From contig NC_045697.1 in assembly GCF_009834535.1 (NCBI RefSeq), positions 89,158,001 through 89,222,000 on the forward strand: 64,000 nt of DNA. The letters are read 5' to 3'. Position 1 is the stretch's first letter, and each line of letters starts with the position of its first letter. The translations under genes and the position numbers were made by a program. Of this stretch, positions 41,204 to 54,484 are shown in pieces. The DNA comes from Camelus ferus (lineage: Eukaryota). A model generated the notes under the pieces. It did no database searches. It saw nothing but the letters and a program-made list of their open reading frames with translations, and was not told where the DNA came from.

Positions 41204-42879
41204 GTGTGAAAAGCATTTCTGCTTAGAAACTGAATTAGGAAGAAAAAAAGAGAGAGAAGAGAAGAGAAAAGGAAAAAAAGAAAAAGAAAAGAAAGAGGAG
41301 GGAGGGAGACACAGAGTGACGAAGGAAGTAAGAAGAAATGAAGAGGAAGAAAACTACTTGGGGAACATGGAAAAATCAGATTTCTGATAACATACTGGTA
41401 TTTACTTTGTTAACTATTCTCTATTTCCCTTTGTGGGCATCTAAAGCTTAATCCCTTGAGGCTATTCAAAAAACCAGTGTAGAAGAGCAACTTACAGAGT
41501 TCTCCCATCATAGAGACAAGAGCTGGATGCTTATATCCTAAGCCCCATCAGTCACTGGTTGAGGAATGCCCATCCCCCACCCCCATCAAGTTCCCTGCCA
41601 TGGTCATGGGCAGAACCAGGGCTGGTGGCCAGAAAAAGCTCTCGGGAAGGAGATGCTGGTGGTGGGAAGTTCAGCTGGCACGCACCCACATGGTGAAGAT
41701 CAACTGAATTTGGGCATTGCACTGACTACATCTCTAGAGAAGTTCTATAAATACTTAAATTTATGTATAATAGATAAATAATAACATTCATTTGCCACTC
41801 TTAAGAAGTAAATTTTCTGGTAGTAGAAATATAAAAAGTCAATTTAAACTTGAATTCTCCAGTTTTCTGGCTAATAGATTACCTAAGTGGGACAGTTAAT
41901 GTGTAAGGAATTATAAGACAAAAGGACAGTTTCCAATATTAACAGTAAGATCTAATAAGATATAAGATATAAAATTATTAGTTTACTTGTAACAAAACTC
42001 ATCTCCCGGTATATTAAGCAGGCTCTGAAAATGCACCTATATCCATTCAGATAACTTTGCAGGGAGAGCTCAGAAGTTATACATTTTAGCTGGCCATTTC
42101 ATCATTTTGGAAAAAATTGGAATGTGCTAGAGAAGATCCAGGAGGAGTAAAGGAGGTGAGGCTGTGGGAAAAGAAACTGGAAGGAGTAGAGTTAAAAGGC
42201 AAAGAGTGAGGAGGAGAGGAAGGTTGGAGGAAAAGATGGAGGAAGACAGGAGAGGGAGAGGAGAATTGGCAGGGGCACCATGACCAGGAAGGGGTAGAAA
42301 AGAAAAAGAAAAGAGTAATGGGGAGAAGTGAAAGGGCTGGGGAGATGGGAAGGTCATAGACTGGAAGTAAGAAGCCTGAAGGGAAGGAGCAGGTACAGCC
42401 ACATAAAAATCAGGGAGAACAGCACTTGAGGAAAACACAATAAAGACAGAAGCTCTTGGAAGAATGATCTTGACATATTTGAGAAAAACTGAAAGTCTGG
42501 TTTGGTGAGAGCCTATAGAGTGAGTGGATGAGATGAAGTAAACAGGGTACTAGGTACAGCATTATTCAAGTCTTTAGCTCCTGAAAGTAGAAAGCGGAAA
42601 ATACAGTCATTAAGTCTTTAAAACAGATAGTTTAAAAATCCATCTCTTTCTCATTTTATTTAAGCTGCCCAGGTAATTCAAACATAAATAGGTTTGTGAA
42701 CCACAGGCCTAACATGTTTAAAGAATTAAGTGAGTTTCAACCTGAAGCTAGCAATGGTTCAGAATGACTTCAGGATTTAGCTAGCCACCCTTCCAGTACA
42801 CATACATACACACACAAAATCACGTTTCTTGTTCTGTAACTCCTTATTTAGCCTGTTATTTAATATGTTTTTCACTCAG

Positions 42880-43070
42880 CTGTTAGAAATAACAAGCATG
42901 ACCATAAGCATGTTAGAGTTTAAATCCAAACTCTAACATCAATAGCTATCCGACTAAGGAGAGAGTTATCTAATCTTGCTTAACTTCAAAAATCGAATCT
43001 GAAAAGTTGAGGTATTTATGTCATAGGAGGTATGAAGCTCACTGAAATTAGGAAATTCTGAAGATAATAC
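42880..43070 (+). mobile_element. MIR fragment
   Basis: gagtttaaatccaaactctaacatcaatagctat...agttatctaatctt. Confidence 0.4.
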
Positions 43071-44659
43071 AAGGACATTTTCTTATCTCAGTGTTAGGGA
43101 CATATTAGCCACTCTGGTAGATCTGTGTTAGTGGTAATACATTTCAATAAAAGTATCATTATTTTATTATTTATTAGCTCTGCCGCAATTGAAAAGAGGT
43201 GATTAGTGAATAAAAGAGGCAAATATTGAGGGGAAAAAATGAGCAAAGAATGGTAATATTTGTTTTGCAAATTCACTTCTATTATTTTAAGATTGCTTTT
43301 TAAAAAAGTAGTTTTGTTGAAAAGTCATCTTTTTATAGGAAGCTTTACAACTCACTTTAAGAAATGATACAGGAAGGAGAAGTCCCTCCAAGGTTTTTAA
43401 GAAAATAAGGAAAAAGGAAAATATTCACAATTCATTCAGAATTCAACTTAATTTCTGTTGGGTCCTTTTTTTTTTTTTTTTTTTTTTTAATCTTAGAGAC
43501 AGAGAGAAGGTATGCATTGAGATACTTTGTTTTACTTTGCTTGATTAATGAAATCTTTTGTAGTTTTTATTTTACATGGAGGATTTCTTGTAACATATTC
43601 CCATGAAAATCATTAAGATAGCACTGTATATTTCCAGTGAAATGGGAAAGGTTGTTAATTGGCCAATGTTGATAGTTTATTTACATAAATCATGACCCCA
43701 TTAACTAAATATTCTCTTCCTAAATGGCAGCAATTTTAGACCTGAATTATCTAAATAATTGACTCAATTTTTCATTTTGGCTTGCCATTGTACACACAAC
43801 CTTTGACTTAAAGATGAATATGAGCTTTTGTAAATTTAGCTGACATTACTAAATTACTTATTTTCTTAGTGATTTTTATCTAATTAGAGTCTTAATCTGA
43901 AATAACTTATTTTCCTTAACCCCACAGCAAGTCACTGCTGACTTTATGCTTTAAACTCCAAAATATACACCAGATATCAGTAAGATGTTGGCTGGCTTAC
44001 TAGAACTCAGCTGGAAAATGTAACAATACTTTTTTTTAAAAATAAAATAAGGTGGCAGACAATCAAGCCTTTTTTGAATAGACTGGAATTAGAGCAAATT
44101 TAAAGAGCTTGTTTTCAATAGTTTTTGTGACTATTGGTTGCTTTGTTATTTTAACACCATTGGTTCTTCATTAAATAGTATAAGAACCAATAAATGCAGA
44201 GAATCAAGTTTTTTATTGATTTATTTTCCAGAAAAACAAGCCATTTGATCTTTGAATTTGTTTGCTTGTATTCAGCTGTTTTCTTAAGCCAGTTGCCTTA
44301 AATGATTTTTTTTCTGTTTTAGCTGCAGTTGAGTGGGAGGGGAGTGTTTCTCCCTGCTGTTTTATGGCTAGAGTTCCCACTGATAGAGACAGCAGTGATT
44401 AGTCCGAACAACGATACGGGTGCAGTACCATGATGTGAACTTTCACAGCCGACAAAAAAGATTTGTAATTTTTACTTATCTGGAGCTTGAGCTTGTGTTT
44501 CTGATTTTCCTTCTCACCAAATCTCCCTGTGGATAGCTCGGTAGAAAATAATGTCACATTTGATTAATTGTATAATTTTTGCATTTGTGGTATGTGCAAT
44601 AAATTTTACTTATATTTGTAAATTAATTGACCTTATCTGGGCTCTTTAAGTTCTTTGTC

Positions 44660-44770
44660 TCTGGTGGTTTGTGGATCATCTACCAGTAGCAGAACTTCCT
44701 GGGGTGTTTGGAAATATGCAGATTGCTATCCTGCCAGCCCCAAGCCTTGATTAAATTGTGGCATCTGGCT
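44660..44770. mobile_element. MER5-like hAT fragment followed by a TA-rich tract
   Basis: gcagaacttcctggggtgtttggaaatatgcagattgct. Confidence 0.55.
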
Positions 44771-45090
44771 GAGAAAGTAGTAAGTGATTCTCTCTCTCTC
44801 TGTATATATATATATACTAAGATATATATGTAATATATCTTAGGAATCATAAGATATATATAATCTTCCATATATAACTTTTCTTAGTATATAAAAACAT
44901 AACTTTTCTTATAAGTGTAATATATAATATATATACAACTATATATATACACATTTACAGATATATATATGACTCGTAGTTGAAGTATTACCTTGCTTCA
45001 TATATTACACACAATTTCAGAAACGCTTGCCATTTTCAGTTAGCTTTATACTGACCAAGAGACCGGAGAGGATTTCTCACAGCCACTAAT

Positions 45091-45136
45091 CACTGATGTC
45101 CAAAACTGTTCACTGATGTCCAAAACTGTTCACTGA
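45091..45136. repeat. Perfect 20-bp tandem duplication
   Basis: (CACTGATGTCCAAAACTGTT)x2 plus CACTGA. Confidence 0.95.
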
Positions 45137-45267
45137 AGGGCTAACTGGGGTCTGTATTAGTTTCCCAGGGATGCTATAACATCACAAACTTGGTGGCTAA
45201 AGCAATAGAAACTTATTCTCTTTACAGTTTTAGAGACTAGATTTATAAAAATTATGGTGTTCTGGTT

Positions 45268-45743
45268 TGTCAACTGAAAGAAAAAAATGCACAACCTAAG
45301 AGTTGTGAGTTTCAGTTTAACTGGGGACCTTACTGAGAACTACAGCCGGGAAACAGCCTCTCAGATAGTTCTGAGGAACTGCTCTGAAGAGGTAGGGGAA
45401 GAAGCCAGTATATATAAAACCAGTATACATGATTTTGTCTAGGGAATATGTGCAGCCAAGCATACATCTCAGTAAAAATTTACTGCTAGTCACAAGATAT
45501 CTCAGTTGATGATTTTAGTGCTTTCCTATGTATGGGAAGATGCAAAATGCTGGATTTGTTTATTTATTTATTTTTTTATCCTGCAATATCTCTATCTAAG
45601 GGACTGGTTTTTCCGAAATACAGAGTGCTTCATCTTGATTTTCATCCTGAATTCCTTTCAGGGTGCACTGTTGGTCAAGGATTACAGTGGCCAATGACTT
45701 AATCTTTGTAGAACTGAATGATGAACAATATCTCTGTTTTACA
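45268..45743 (-). mobile_element. ERV1-class solo LTR (laurasiatherian type)
   Basis: TG...CA ends; tgtcaactgaaag...cagcctctcagatagttctgaggaactgctctgaagaggt. Confidence 0.75.
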
Positions 45744-46053
45744 GTCTGATGTTTGTGGGCCCCCAAAATTCATATGTTGATACCCACCACCCAATGTGAT
45801 AGTATTATGTCCTTTGGAAAATAATTAGGTTTAGATAAGATCATGAGGGTGGAGCACTTATAAATGGGATTAGTGCCCTTAAAAGTGTCATGAGTTTGCT
45901 TCCTCTCTCTCTTTCCTCTTCTTATGAGAATACAATGTGAAATCAGCAGTCTTCAACCCAGAAGAGGGTCTACACCAGAACCTGTCCATGTTAGCACTCT
46001 GAATTTGGACTTCCAGCCTCCAGAACTGTGAGACATAAATTTCTGTTATTTAA

Positions 46054-46608
46054 TGGGTGTTGGGGGTTTAACTAAACTACTCCATAATATTGCTGCCTTG
46101 GGATTCATTCTGTGTAGCTAAGCAGCTGTGGGGGCCTTGAACTGACAGTACCCTTCCCTCTAGTGCATGCCCTACATAATAGTCCACTGAGTCAAAAGTG
46201 AGTGTGAGTTCCTCATATGACATCCTCAGTGCACCTGTTGATAAAGAGTTGCCCTTGCCTCCTACCTCCACCTTCTATGCCCCTCACATAAGATCCCCAC
46301 AAAGCTTACCAAAACCTTGCCCTTTTCGATTTGAACTGACCAACTCAGCCTCAGCCTGGGACCCTCAAAGCACTCCACCCATGGACCCTAATTAAGCCAT
46401 ATGCTCCAGGTCCTGCTGCTAGCACTCTGCCTGTGGCAGGCCTCCACCTCCCCACGTGGCTCCTCAAGGCCTGCGGTGTACCTCCTCCAGGACCTATGAG
46501 TAATAAACTTCTCTGTTTCACTTTCCCTTGTGGTCTTTGTTGAAATGTTCATTCTCTGACACCTTAATACTCTGCTTAACAAATGTCAATTTAACAAAAA
46601 TCACAATG
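46054..46608 (+). mobile_element. ERV solo LTR (MER54/MER74-like ERVL; family uncertain)
   Basis: C-rich U3, AATAAA at 46502-46507, end ttaacaaaaatcaca; interrupts the MLT1A sequence. Confidence 0.65.
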
Positions 46609-48935
46609 ATAAACCACCCAGCTAAAGGTATTTTGTTACAGCAGGCTGAAATGACTAAGGGCACAAGGTGTAGGCAGAGTCATGCTCTCTCTGAAGGCTC
46701 CATGGGAGGATCTTCCCTTGCCTCTTCTAGTTTTTGATGTTTGCCTGAAATTCTTAGCATTCCTCGGCTTGTAGATATTATCATGTCTATTTCTGCTTCT
46801 GTCTTCATGGCTTTCTACCCTGTGTGTTCAAATTTCCCTCTTCTCATAAAGCCTCTAGTCATTATACTGGGGTCCATTCTCACTCTGTATGGCTTCATCT
46901 TAATTACAACTACAAAGATGCTATTTTGAAATAAGGTTACATTCACAAGTACCAGGGGTTAGGATTTGAATATGTATTTGGGGGAGATGCAAGTCAACCA
47001 ACAACAGTATCTGTATGCATCATATCAAATTAGATAAGAAAGGATGATCTTTGTCAAGAGTTTTTAAAAAAATTTTCTAATAGCTGTCTAGTGTTAAAGT
47101 AGATGAAGTTTAATTTTTTAAATATGAGAAATAGATTTTTTAAATTCTATAATAATTCTTCGTTGATATTTTCCTTTTTTGATAGGAAGCTGGACCCTAA
47201 CAAAATAAAAGCAAACAGAAGTAGCAAGCAAATAATACCCTCCAGTGTTCTGTAATTCAGTTATAAAGATAAAGCATTCATACATGGAATAGTTAACAAA
47301 ACAAGCATAGTATAGTAAGACTACTGATAAAACAGTGATAGAACATTATTTTGGGAGTAGGCTGGAAATAGGCAAGTAGAGGTGGTAGCACTCCAGTTGG
47401 GGAAGGAAGATTAATATGTAAGTTGAAGTTTAGATTAATGAGGAACAAAATTTATTCTGAGAACCATGAGGAATTCATGTAGCTGGAATAATTTTGGTAT
47501 GTGTTAGACATGCTTGAAAGCAATATTAGGGTGATAAGTTGTAATCAACTAATGAAAACCTTGAATGCCAGATTAACAAGTTCAGATTTTAACCGATAAC
47601 TAACACCAGGGTCTAATTCCTTTCTACAGCATACTGGGACTACCGGCTTTTTTTTTTTTTTTTTTTTTTTACAACTGTAATCACAAGCCAGTCCCTAGCC
47701 TTGTGATTGATTTTAAATATTGGTTTTCTATCAGTGACTTCACTAACTTGGTTACTTCTGATTTCTTGTTTCTTATAACCTGAATTTAATTAATTTTTCT
47801 GGGGCTCTACTTTATTTACATGTCCTGTACCCCAGGTCTTGTTTAAGACCAGAGAGATACATTGCTCTTGCCATTTTTTTCCCTAAGAACTTAAGCTTTG
47901 ATTTTAAGCCCAAACTCAAATGATTAAGGCTCTGCTGATCAAACTAGATGACACAAATGACCTGCAAATCTAAATTTTATTTATGATCTGGCTTATTCCT
48001 CATTTCTGTGTCTTAACTGTTTTCTTGGGATATAATCTTAAATTTTCTTGATCAGGAATACTAACCCATTGGCAATGGAACTTATACAATAGACTTAGTT
48101 TTCTCTCAGTTACTACTATTGGGAATCTCCACAAACACTTGTTCTGCCACAAGCTTCTAGTTTCCTATAGGCTTTTGCTATAACTGACCAGAAAGTGCCT
48201 AGCTTTTTTCATATATCTCCCAGACTAGTTACAAATATTACTAACTAGCTTATATTGATAACCTCTTGCCTATAGCCACTTTCAATGGGATTGATTACGT
48301 TTTCCATAAAACATTTAGAAATGGAAACGAAGCCTGTTTACTTAAGGATCAAAGACTCCTAAGAAAAGAAACCACTGAGAAACCACTCATACTCTGCATA
48401 TTCTCACTCTTCAAACAGATGTGGTTGGATGACAGAGGGAATTTTAATCCCTTTCTTGAGTTGTGGCTTCACTGTCATCCCACTTTTCATTACTTTGCAT
48501 GTTTACAGGGGAAGGGTTGAAACTCTTGGGTTTCAAAGCATCTTCTGGACCAATAAACTATGTACTGCAGCATGCCATGCTCTGGATGGGACTCAGAACC
48601 CTAGAACACTGCCTGACTCTCTCCAATTCATTGGAAACAAGATGCTTCCAACTGACCCAACTCTAACAGGGCTATTGAAGTAAAATATTAACTTTCATTG
48701 GCTTATTTACTATTAAGAACTTGATGGAAGAATGGGAGATATAAAATCATTGAATCACTTTGGCTTAAGAGGAAAATGTCAAAATTCAGAATAGTCTTAG
48801 CTTGACCTCTTTGGCCAATGCAAAGTAACTTTTAATTCTTTATACATTTTGAGGTAAATCCATTCACAGTAGAAACCTTAAATATAGTATGACTTTTGTG
48901 TCTTTTTTCAAAGGAAGAAATTCATAACTATAGTT

Positions 48936-49396
48936 TCTTATGAGTTGAACTGTGTCCCCCCAAAACAGATGTTGAAAGTTCTAACATCTGGTTCCTGTAA
49001 GGTAACCTTATTCAGATATAGTCTTTGTAATGCAATCAAGCTAAGATGAGGTCATTAGAGTGGTCTCTAACCCAATATAGCTGGTAACCTAATAAGAAGA
49101 GGGAAGTTGGGACACAGTTATAGGGAGAAAGAATTCCATGTGAAGACACAGACAGCCATGTGACATGGAGGCAAACTGGAATGATGAATATACAGGGAGG
49201 GATTGCCAAGGACTGCCTGTAAACACCAGAAGCTAAAAGAGGTAAGGAGATATTCTTTCCTGCAGATTTCAAAGGGTGTCCTGCTGACACGTTGATTTTG
49301 AACTTCTAGCTTCCAAAACTATGAGACAATAAATATGTGTTATTTTAAGCCACTGTTTCTGGTAGTTTGTTACAAAAGCCCTAGGAAACAAATACA
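48936..49396 (+). mobile_element. MaLR solo LTR (MLT1B/C-like)
   Basis: ttatgagttgaactgtgtcccccc...aagatgaggtcattagagtgg...ccctaggaaacaaataca. Confidence 0.85.
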
Positions 49397-49499
49397 CTAG
49401 TCTAAAAAAATTTCCGAAGTATTGACTGTCATCTGCTACTTTCCTTTTATTTCCTTCAAAAGAAATTAATTCCAAATAGAAAAATTAAAAAGTGGTAAT

Positions 49500-50055
49500 A
49501 GATTTGTGAAATCCTAACATAAGATAGGTACTGGAAGCCATTGAGTATTTTTGAACAGAGACTGACATGATAAACTTGGGGGTTTAGATATATGTTTGAA
49601 ACCAATTAGGACTTTAAAAAGATTAAGTAAAACTAGATGCATTGTGAAAGGAATGAAAGGAAAGAGGGAAAATGGAAGGAACATACAAATGATGAAAAGA
49701 ATGAAGAAATGAAGGAAGTTTCCCAAACAAAAAGTAATAAGATATAAAATGATGATAATGAAATTAGAAATAAGAATGGCATAAACTGGATTTGAGAAAA
49801 CTTTTAAACAAAGAAATGATAAAATTTATTCACAAAATACACACATTTACATTAATCTAGGAAATAAAAGATCAAAGTTAGCCATGGTATTCCAAATTTG
49901 AGTCAGGAAAAAATCAGTCCAGTTGATAATGTATTTTAGGCAATTGTAAGAAGAAGTTTATTTGGATGTACTGGATTTAAGATAAGCTGGGTGTCTCAAC
50001 TAGATACTGAATTCAGAAGGTAGTTGTACAGAACTGGAGAACAGAGGTATGAGTG
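49500..50055 (-). mobile_element. L2 internal fragment
   Basis: ggaagccattgagtatttttgaacagagactgacatgataa. Confidence 0.55.
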
Positions 50056-50059
50056 GGAC

Positions 50060-50420
50060 AGAAGTTTGGACAGGGATGCTTTGTTGTGGGTGTGCAAATG
50101 TCAACAGTAATCTTGGCTCCTCTTGGCTTATCCTGTACTTCCTGTCATTCTTAAACTTTGATTTCCATTCTCAACCTTTCAAGGTGTCTTCTAGAGCCTC
50201 AGTCTTCACATCCAAATTCCAAACAGGCAGAAGGGCAAAAAGGAAGAAGCATAAGGGGCATGTCAACTGTCATTATTTAGAAGTTTTTGTCCCGCCAGAA
50301 ACCACATGCACCCACACCCCTTCATATCACCTAGCTTCAGAGAAGGAGGGGAAACTGAGATGTCAGTGGGACAGAAGAGAGGAGGCAGATATTGGGTCAG
50401 TAACTATCAGTATCTGCTGC
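50060..50420 (-). mobile_element. Old MaLR LTR (MLT1J/K-like)
   Basis: cttcacatccaaattccaaacagg...gaaggaggggaaactgag...gatattgggtcagtaactatcagtatctgc. Confidence 0.5.
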
Positions 50421-50964
50421 TGGGACATCCCTGCTTGTTCACTTTATTTAATTATTGTAATATGATCCAATTCTGATTCCTTGCCAGTGGATTAGCTCCA
50501 CTGCTTTAAATATTTTCCTTTTCAGACATTTTAGAGAAAGCCTGTAGAATCAAGCTAGTAAATCATGAAATACAGTAATTTTTTGTCTAAACATTTGCTT
50601 GTTTATATGCCTTTGTATATATTTCTGCTTTCTGGAGAGTGATATAAATCATTTTTGTCATCTGTTTTCAGTAGTCTGCATTTTTTATATCTTACATTAA
50701 CATAGACAATTAAAAGTTGACTTTATCCTAACGCTGTAAATACGTAAAGTTATTTTACCTTTGAGTACGATATAATTCATTCATTTTTTTCTATTCTACT
50801 TGTCAACACACAACAAAAGGAGCAAATAATGACTTTTCAAAATGTGCATCATTTGATTGTTTTGCTCAGAATATTATAAGAACATAATATCCTAAATCAT
50901 GTAAATTACAGTTAACTCTTTAATTTCCCATTATATAGAAGAACTATTTTCTCTTTTACACATA

Positions 50965-51265
50965 TTCAAATAAAATAAAACAATACAGAAGCAGCCTCAC
51001 AGATATAGAGAACAAACTAGTGGTTACCAGAAAGGAGAAGATGGGAGGAGAGGCAAAATAGGGGAAAGGGTTTAAGAGGTACAAACTATCAGTCATAAAA
51101 TAAATATGTCACAGGGATGTAAGGTACAGCACAGAGAAAATAGTTAATATTTTATAACTTTGTATAATATGTAATCTATAAAAATATCAAATAGCTATGT
51201 TGTACACCTGAAAATAGTATAATATTGTAAGTCAAATATACTTCTATAAATAAAAGAAAAGAAAG
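50965..51265 (+). mobile_element. L1 3' UTR fragment
   Basis: cacagatatagagaacaaactagtggttaccag...ctatgttgtacacctgaaa...gtcaaatatacttc. Confidence 0.85.
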
Positions 51266-53643
51266 GTAACAGAATGGTTTATTTAACATTCACTTAAAAA
51301 TATTTAATTCTTTCTGAGTGCCAGACACTATGCTCAACTGTAAAGAGAGATTCAATGGTAAATAAAACAAATTGAGAATTGATACTTTTCGAGAAGTTTG
51401 TGCCAGGGTAAGTCATTTTATCTACGGGTCCAAATGTGTATGTATGTATGCATGTACATACATATCCACATCTGTATCTATTTTGTTCATAATTTTCTTA
51501 GTGCAATGCAAATATAGTATAAAGATAGAGACGGTGTGGTGTGGAGGTAAAGGTGCTGAGTTGTATTTGCACTGGTTAGTGCTTGTCTGGACCACCCATT
51601 TAGCCTGTGACTTCATACTGGGTGGTGGTGTGTGTCAGGATGAATTGACCCTCCTGCAGAATGTGACTAAAACTAAAAAAAATAATAACAATAACAGTCA
51701 ATTTAGAAAGTACTTTCAGAAATGTTTCTAATGTATAGGTCAGTGGTTTGCCCTTAAACTCATAATTCTTGATCTGTTTAAAATAATGTCTGTTATTCAT
51801 CATGTTGCTTTGCAGAAGCACTTTTAACTCTCATCGAATTTTACTTGACATAGTGTAGACTCCGTTGGCATGCTAGCAAATGTTCAGAAACATTATAACT
51901 CCATGTGGAATTTTTTGAGTTGGCACAAAGAGTAAGATAATGAGACAAGTGCAGATTTATGGCTTTCTGCCTCAAGCTTCCATATTCATTTGAAATTTAA
52001 TTCAAGAAAAGTCTTAAACCATACATGTATAAAAATTTTCCTCTGTTAGGAGTATAAATCCTTAATAACATATTAAATTTAAGCAATCAGCTTATCTATT
52101 AACATGAAATTAAATTTGAAAATGTTTTATATTAAAAAATCTAAGTCAATGCCAAAAGCTTAACTTATTTTTTGTTATTAAAAAACATAAGCAGCATATA
52201 CTGGGACTGAAATGTGAGTTTCCAAATATAGGGAATATTGTTTTATCAGTTTTCTATGTAATGCTATGCATTATTAGAACACAGATTCAATATGATTATA
52301 GATAGCAAAATGTGTTATAATTCAAACACCCAGAAATTCTATTTCTAAATTGTCGACATATTACAATTTGGTTACTTCCAGCATATTAAATTGTAGGATT
52401 AGTACTGTCCTGTAGAGGCAGAAACTTTTTATGAATGGTGTGTAACAAGGTCAGCCACTTAAGAAATTCTCAAAACACAAAAAAGCTAGGATGATACTGA
52501 ATCATATCAATCATTTTCGAGTAAACAGATGAGATATTATCAGACAGTAAAAACCCAAAACTAAGGGTTTCATTTATAATTCAAAGAATTCTATTATTGT
52601 GATCGGTAAATCAAAGGTAAACATCTGTCGTATTAATCAACTTATAGTTTTGTTAAGACATGGCCAATATGAGTTATGGATAAAGTAAAGAAAAACATAA
52701 ATAAGGTTAGAGGTCTTGATGGGGGATGGTTTTGTTTTCAGAGAAGCCAAAGGATTTCTCTCATCCTCAACTGATTTTCATCTGTAAGATTTCAAGCTTT
52801 ACATCCTGAGCTGATCTGAACCAAAACAAAATGAAAATTTATGTTACTTGGGAAATTGCACTTTTAACATGTGATTAAAAAAAAATTACATATGTCCTTA
52901 GTTATAAGACAAAGACCAAAAAACAAAGATTGCACAGTTTAATTAATTGATAGATTATTAATTCCAGTTTTTCTTCCAGAAGAGCAGTGGTTATCACATC
53001 TCAAACGGTGAACATTACAGATAAAATCCATGGTAAAGCCTAGATCTGCTGTGTAACTTCTCTGATAACTAAATTTGGAGGGATTTTAGAAAGGATTACA
53101 TGAAATGATGTATATAAAACACTTAACAAAGATTTTAAAAGTTAGCTATTATTAGTATTTTCATTACAAAGCAAGATTAATTTGTAGAAAATAATCAGAC
53201 TTATAAATATTAATATATGTTAATTATATCTGGGAGCTTCCAATTAATGCTATATATAATAGTGGCCCTATTACAGTTTTGATCATTTCTAATACCCTTG
53301 ACTTTGAATTGGTATTACTTAATTCAGTAGAAATTAAATGTAATAAAGAAAATGACTAGATGTTTAAGTTCACCTAGTTTTTAAAACTATCTTCATTAAA
53401 CTGAGTTAAGATAGCTTGGTGAAATATGACCAACAACATCGTCCCTCTAATTGGCAATAAAAAACAACAGCCATGTCTTACATAAATGTTTCTATAATTT
53501 ACCTAAAATTAGAAGTCCACTTATAGGCTAAATGACCACTAAGGAGTATGTGGGTGACAAAATAGTTTTGAGACAAGATGTTGTAACAATAGTGATTTGC
53601 TCTCAAATACCTGTGAGGTAGTAGCTACCATTAATACTGTCTT

Positions 53644-53757
53644 AAAAAAATTTTTTTTATTGAAGTATGGTCAGTTAAAATGTGTCAGCTTCTGGTGTAC
53701 AGCATAATGACCCAGTCATGCATAAATATACGTATATCATTTTCATATTCATTTTCA
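53644..53757 (-). mobile_element. Short L1 3' end with TSD
   Basis: tttttattgaagtatggtcagtt...ctggtgtacagcataatg; TSD AATA(C/T)TGTCTT at 53633-43 and 53758-68. Confidence 0.8.
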
Positions 53758-54484
53758 AATATTGTCTTTATTAAACACAAGACTAGTTTGTAGAAATGAT
53801 TTGATATACCAGTTGTAAAATATGTTATCTCATATCCAGGTGCTTCCAGTCAAAGACTACATACAACAATGTTACTCATGAACTTTTAAGTCTGTGAACA
53901 ATTTAATAGAGCAAAAGATCCCAGGAATCATATATCTTTCTGTCAATAGGAAAAACGATCATGTGTTAATTAATTTGCATAATCCACAGAATAATGTCTA
54001 GGTTTAATAATAAATATAAGATTTATTCCAACCCTCCAATTGCTCCCATCCTAAATTACACCAAATGTTCAAGACATTAGTCTGCAAATCATATATATTA
54101 TTTTACAACCTGTGGAAGAAGCAGTATTATTTGCTTGGTCAAAGTCTGTCTCAATCCAGGATCAATATTTTCTCCAAATATATATTGTATCTTACATAAA
54201 CATAACTAAATGAACTAAATCATTTCCTAGTCAGTAACTAAAACTACAAAAATATATCCAAAGAAATAGTCAAATTATATAATTTATATGAAGATTTTAT
54301 TGAGTGCATTTTAACTGTTAAGGGTGTCTGTTTTTTGTATGTTAAGTATTTAAAATATAGCAGAGAAATTATAATTATCAAGGAAATACAAGCAAAAACT
54401 CTGGAGAGAGAACATAAATTACAGAATGGGAGAGAATAGGGAAACATCACAATAAGAAGGGACATATTTCAGAAGAATTAAAAA

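Larger units (their letters stand above)
45258..46663 (+). mobile_element. Middle MaLR LTR (MLT1A-like), itself interrupted twice
   Basis: tgttctgg|gtctgatgtttgtgggcccccaaaattcatatgttga...ggacttccagcctccagaactgtgagacataaatttctg|...ttttgttacagcaggctgaaatgactaagggca. Confidence 0.85.
45153..47006 (-). mobile_element. Outer MaLR LTR (MLT1B/C-like), split into 45153-45257 and 46664-47006
   Basis: tgtattagttttcc...tacagttttagagactag | caaggtgtaggcagagtcatgctctctctgaagg...aataaggttacattcacaagtaccaggggttagg. Confidence 0.85.

Noticed and set aside
42125..42440. Purine-rich tract and the 103-aa Leu/Ser/Pro ORF on the minus strand
   Set aside because: Low-complexity GA-rich sequence merging into a degraded L2
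44430..44505. C/D box snoRNA (ATGATGT...CTGA)
   Set aside because: The C box is imperfect and there is no terminal stem
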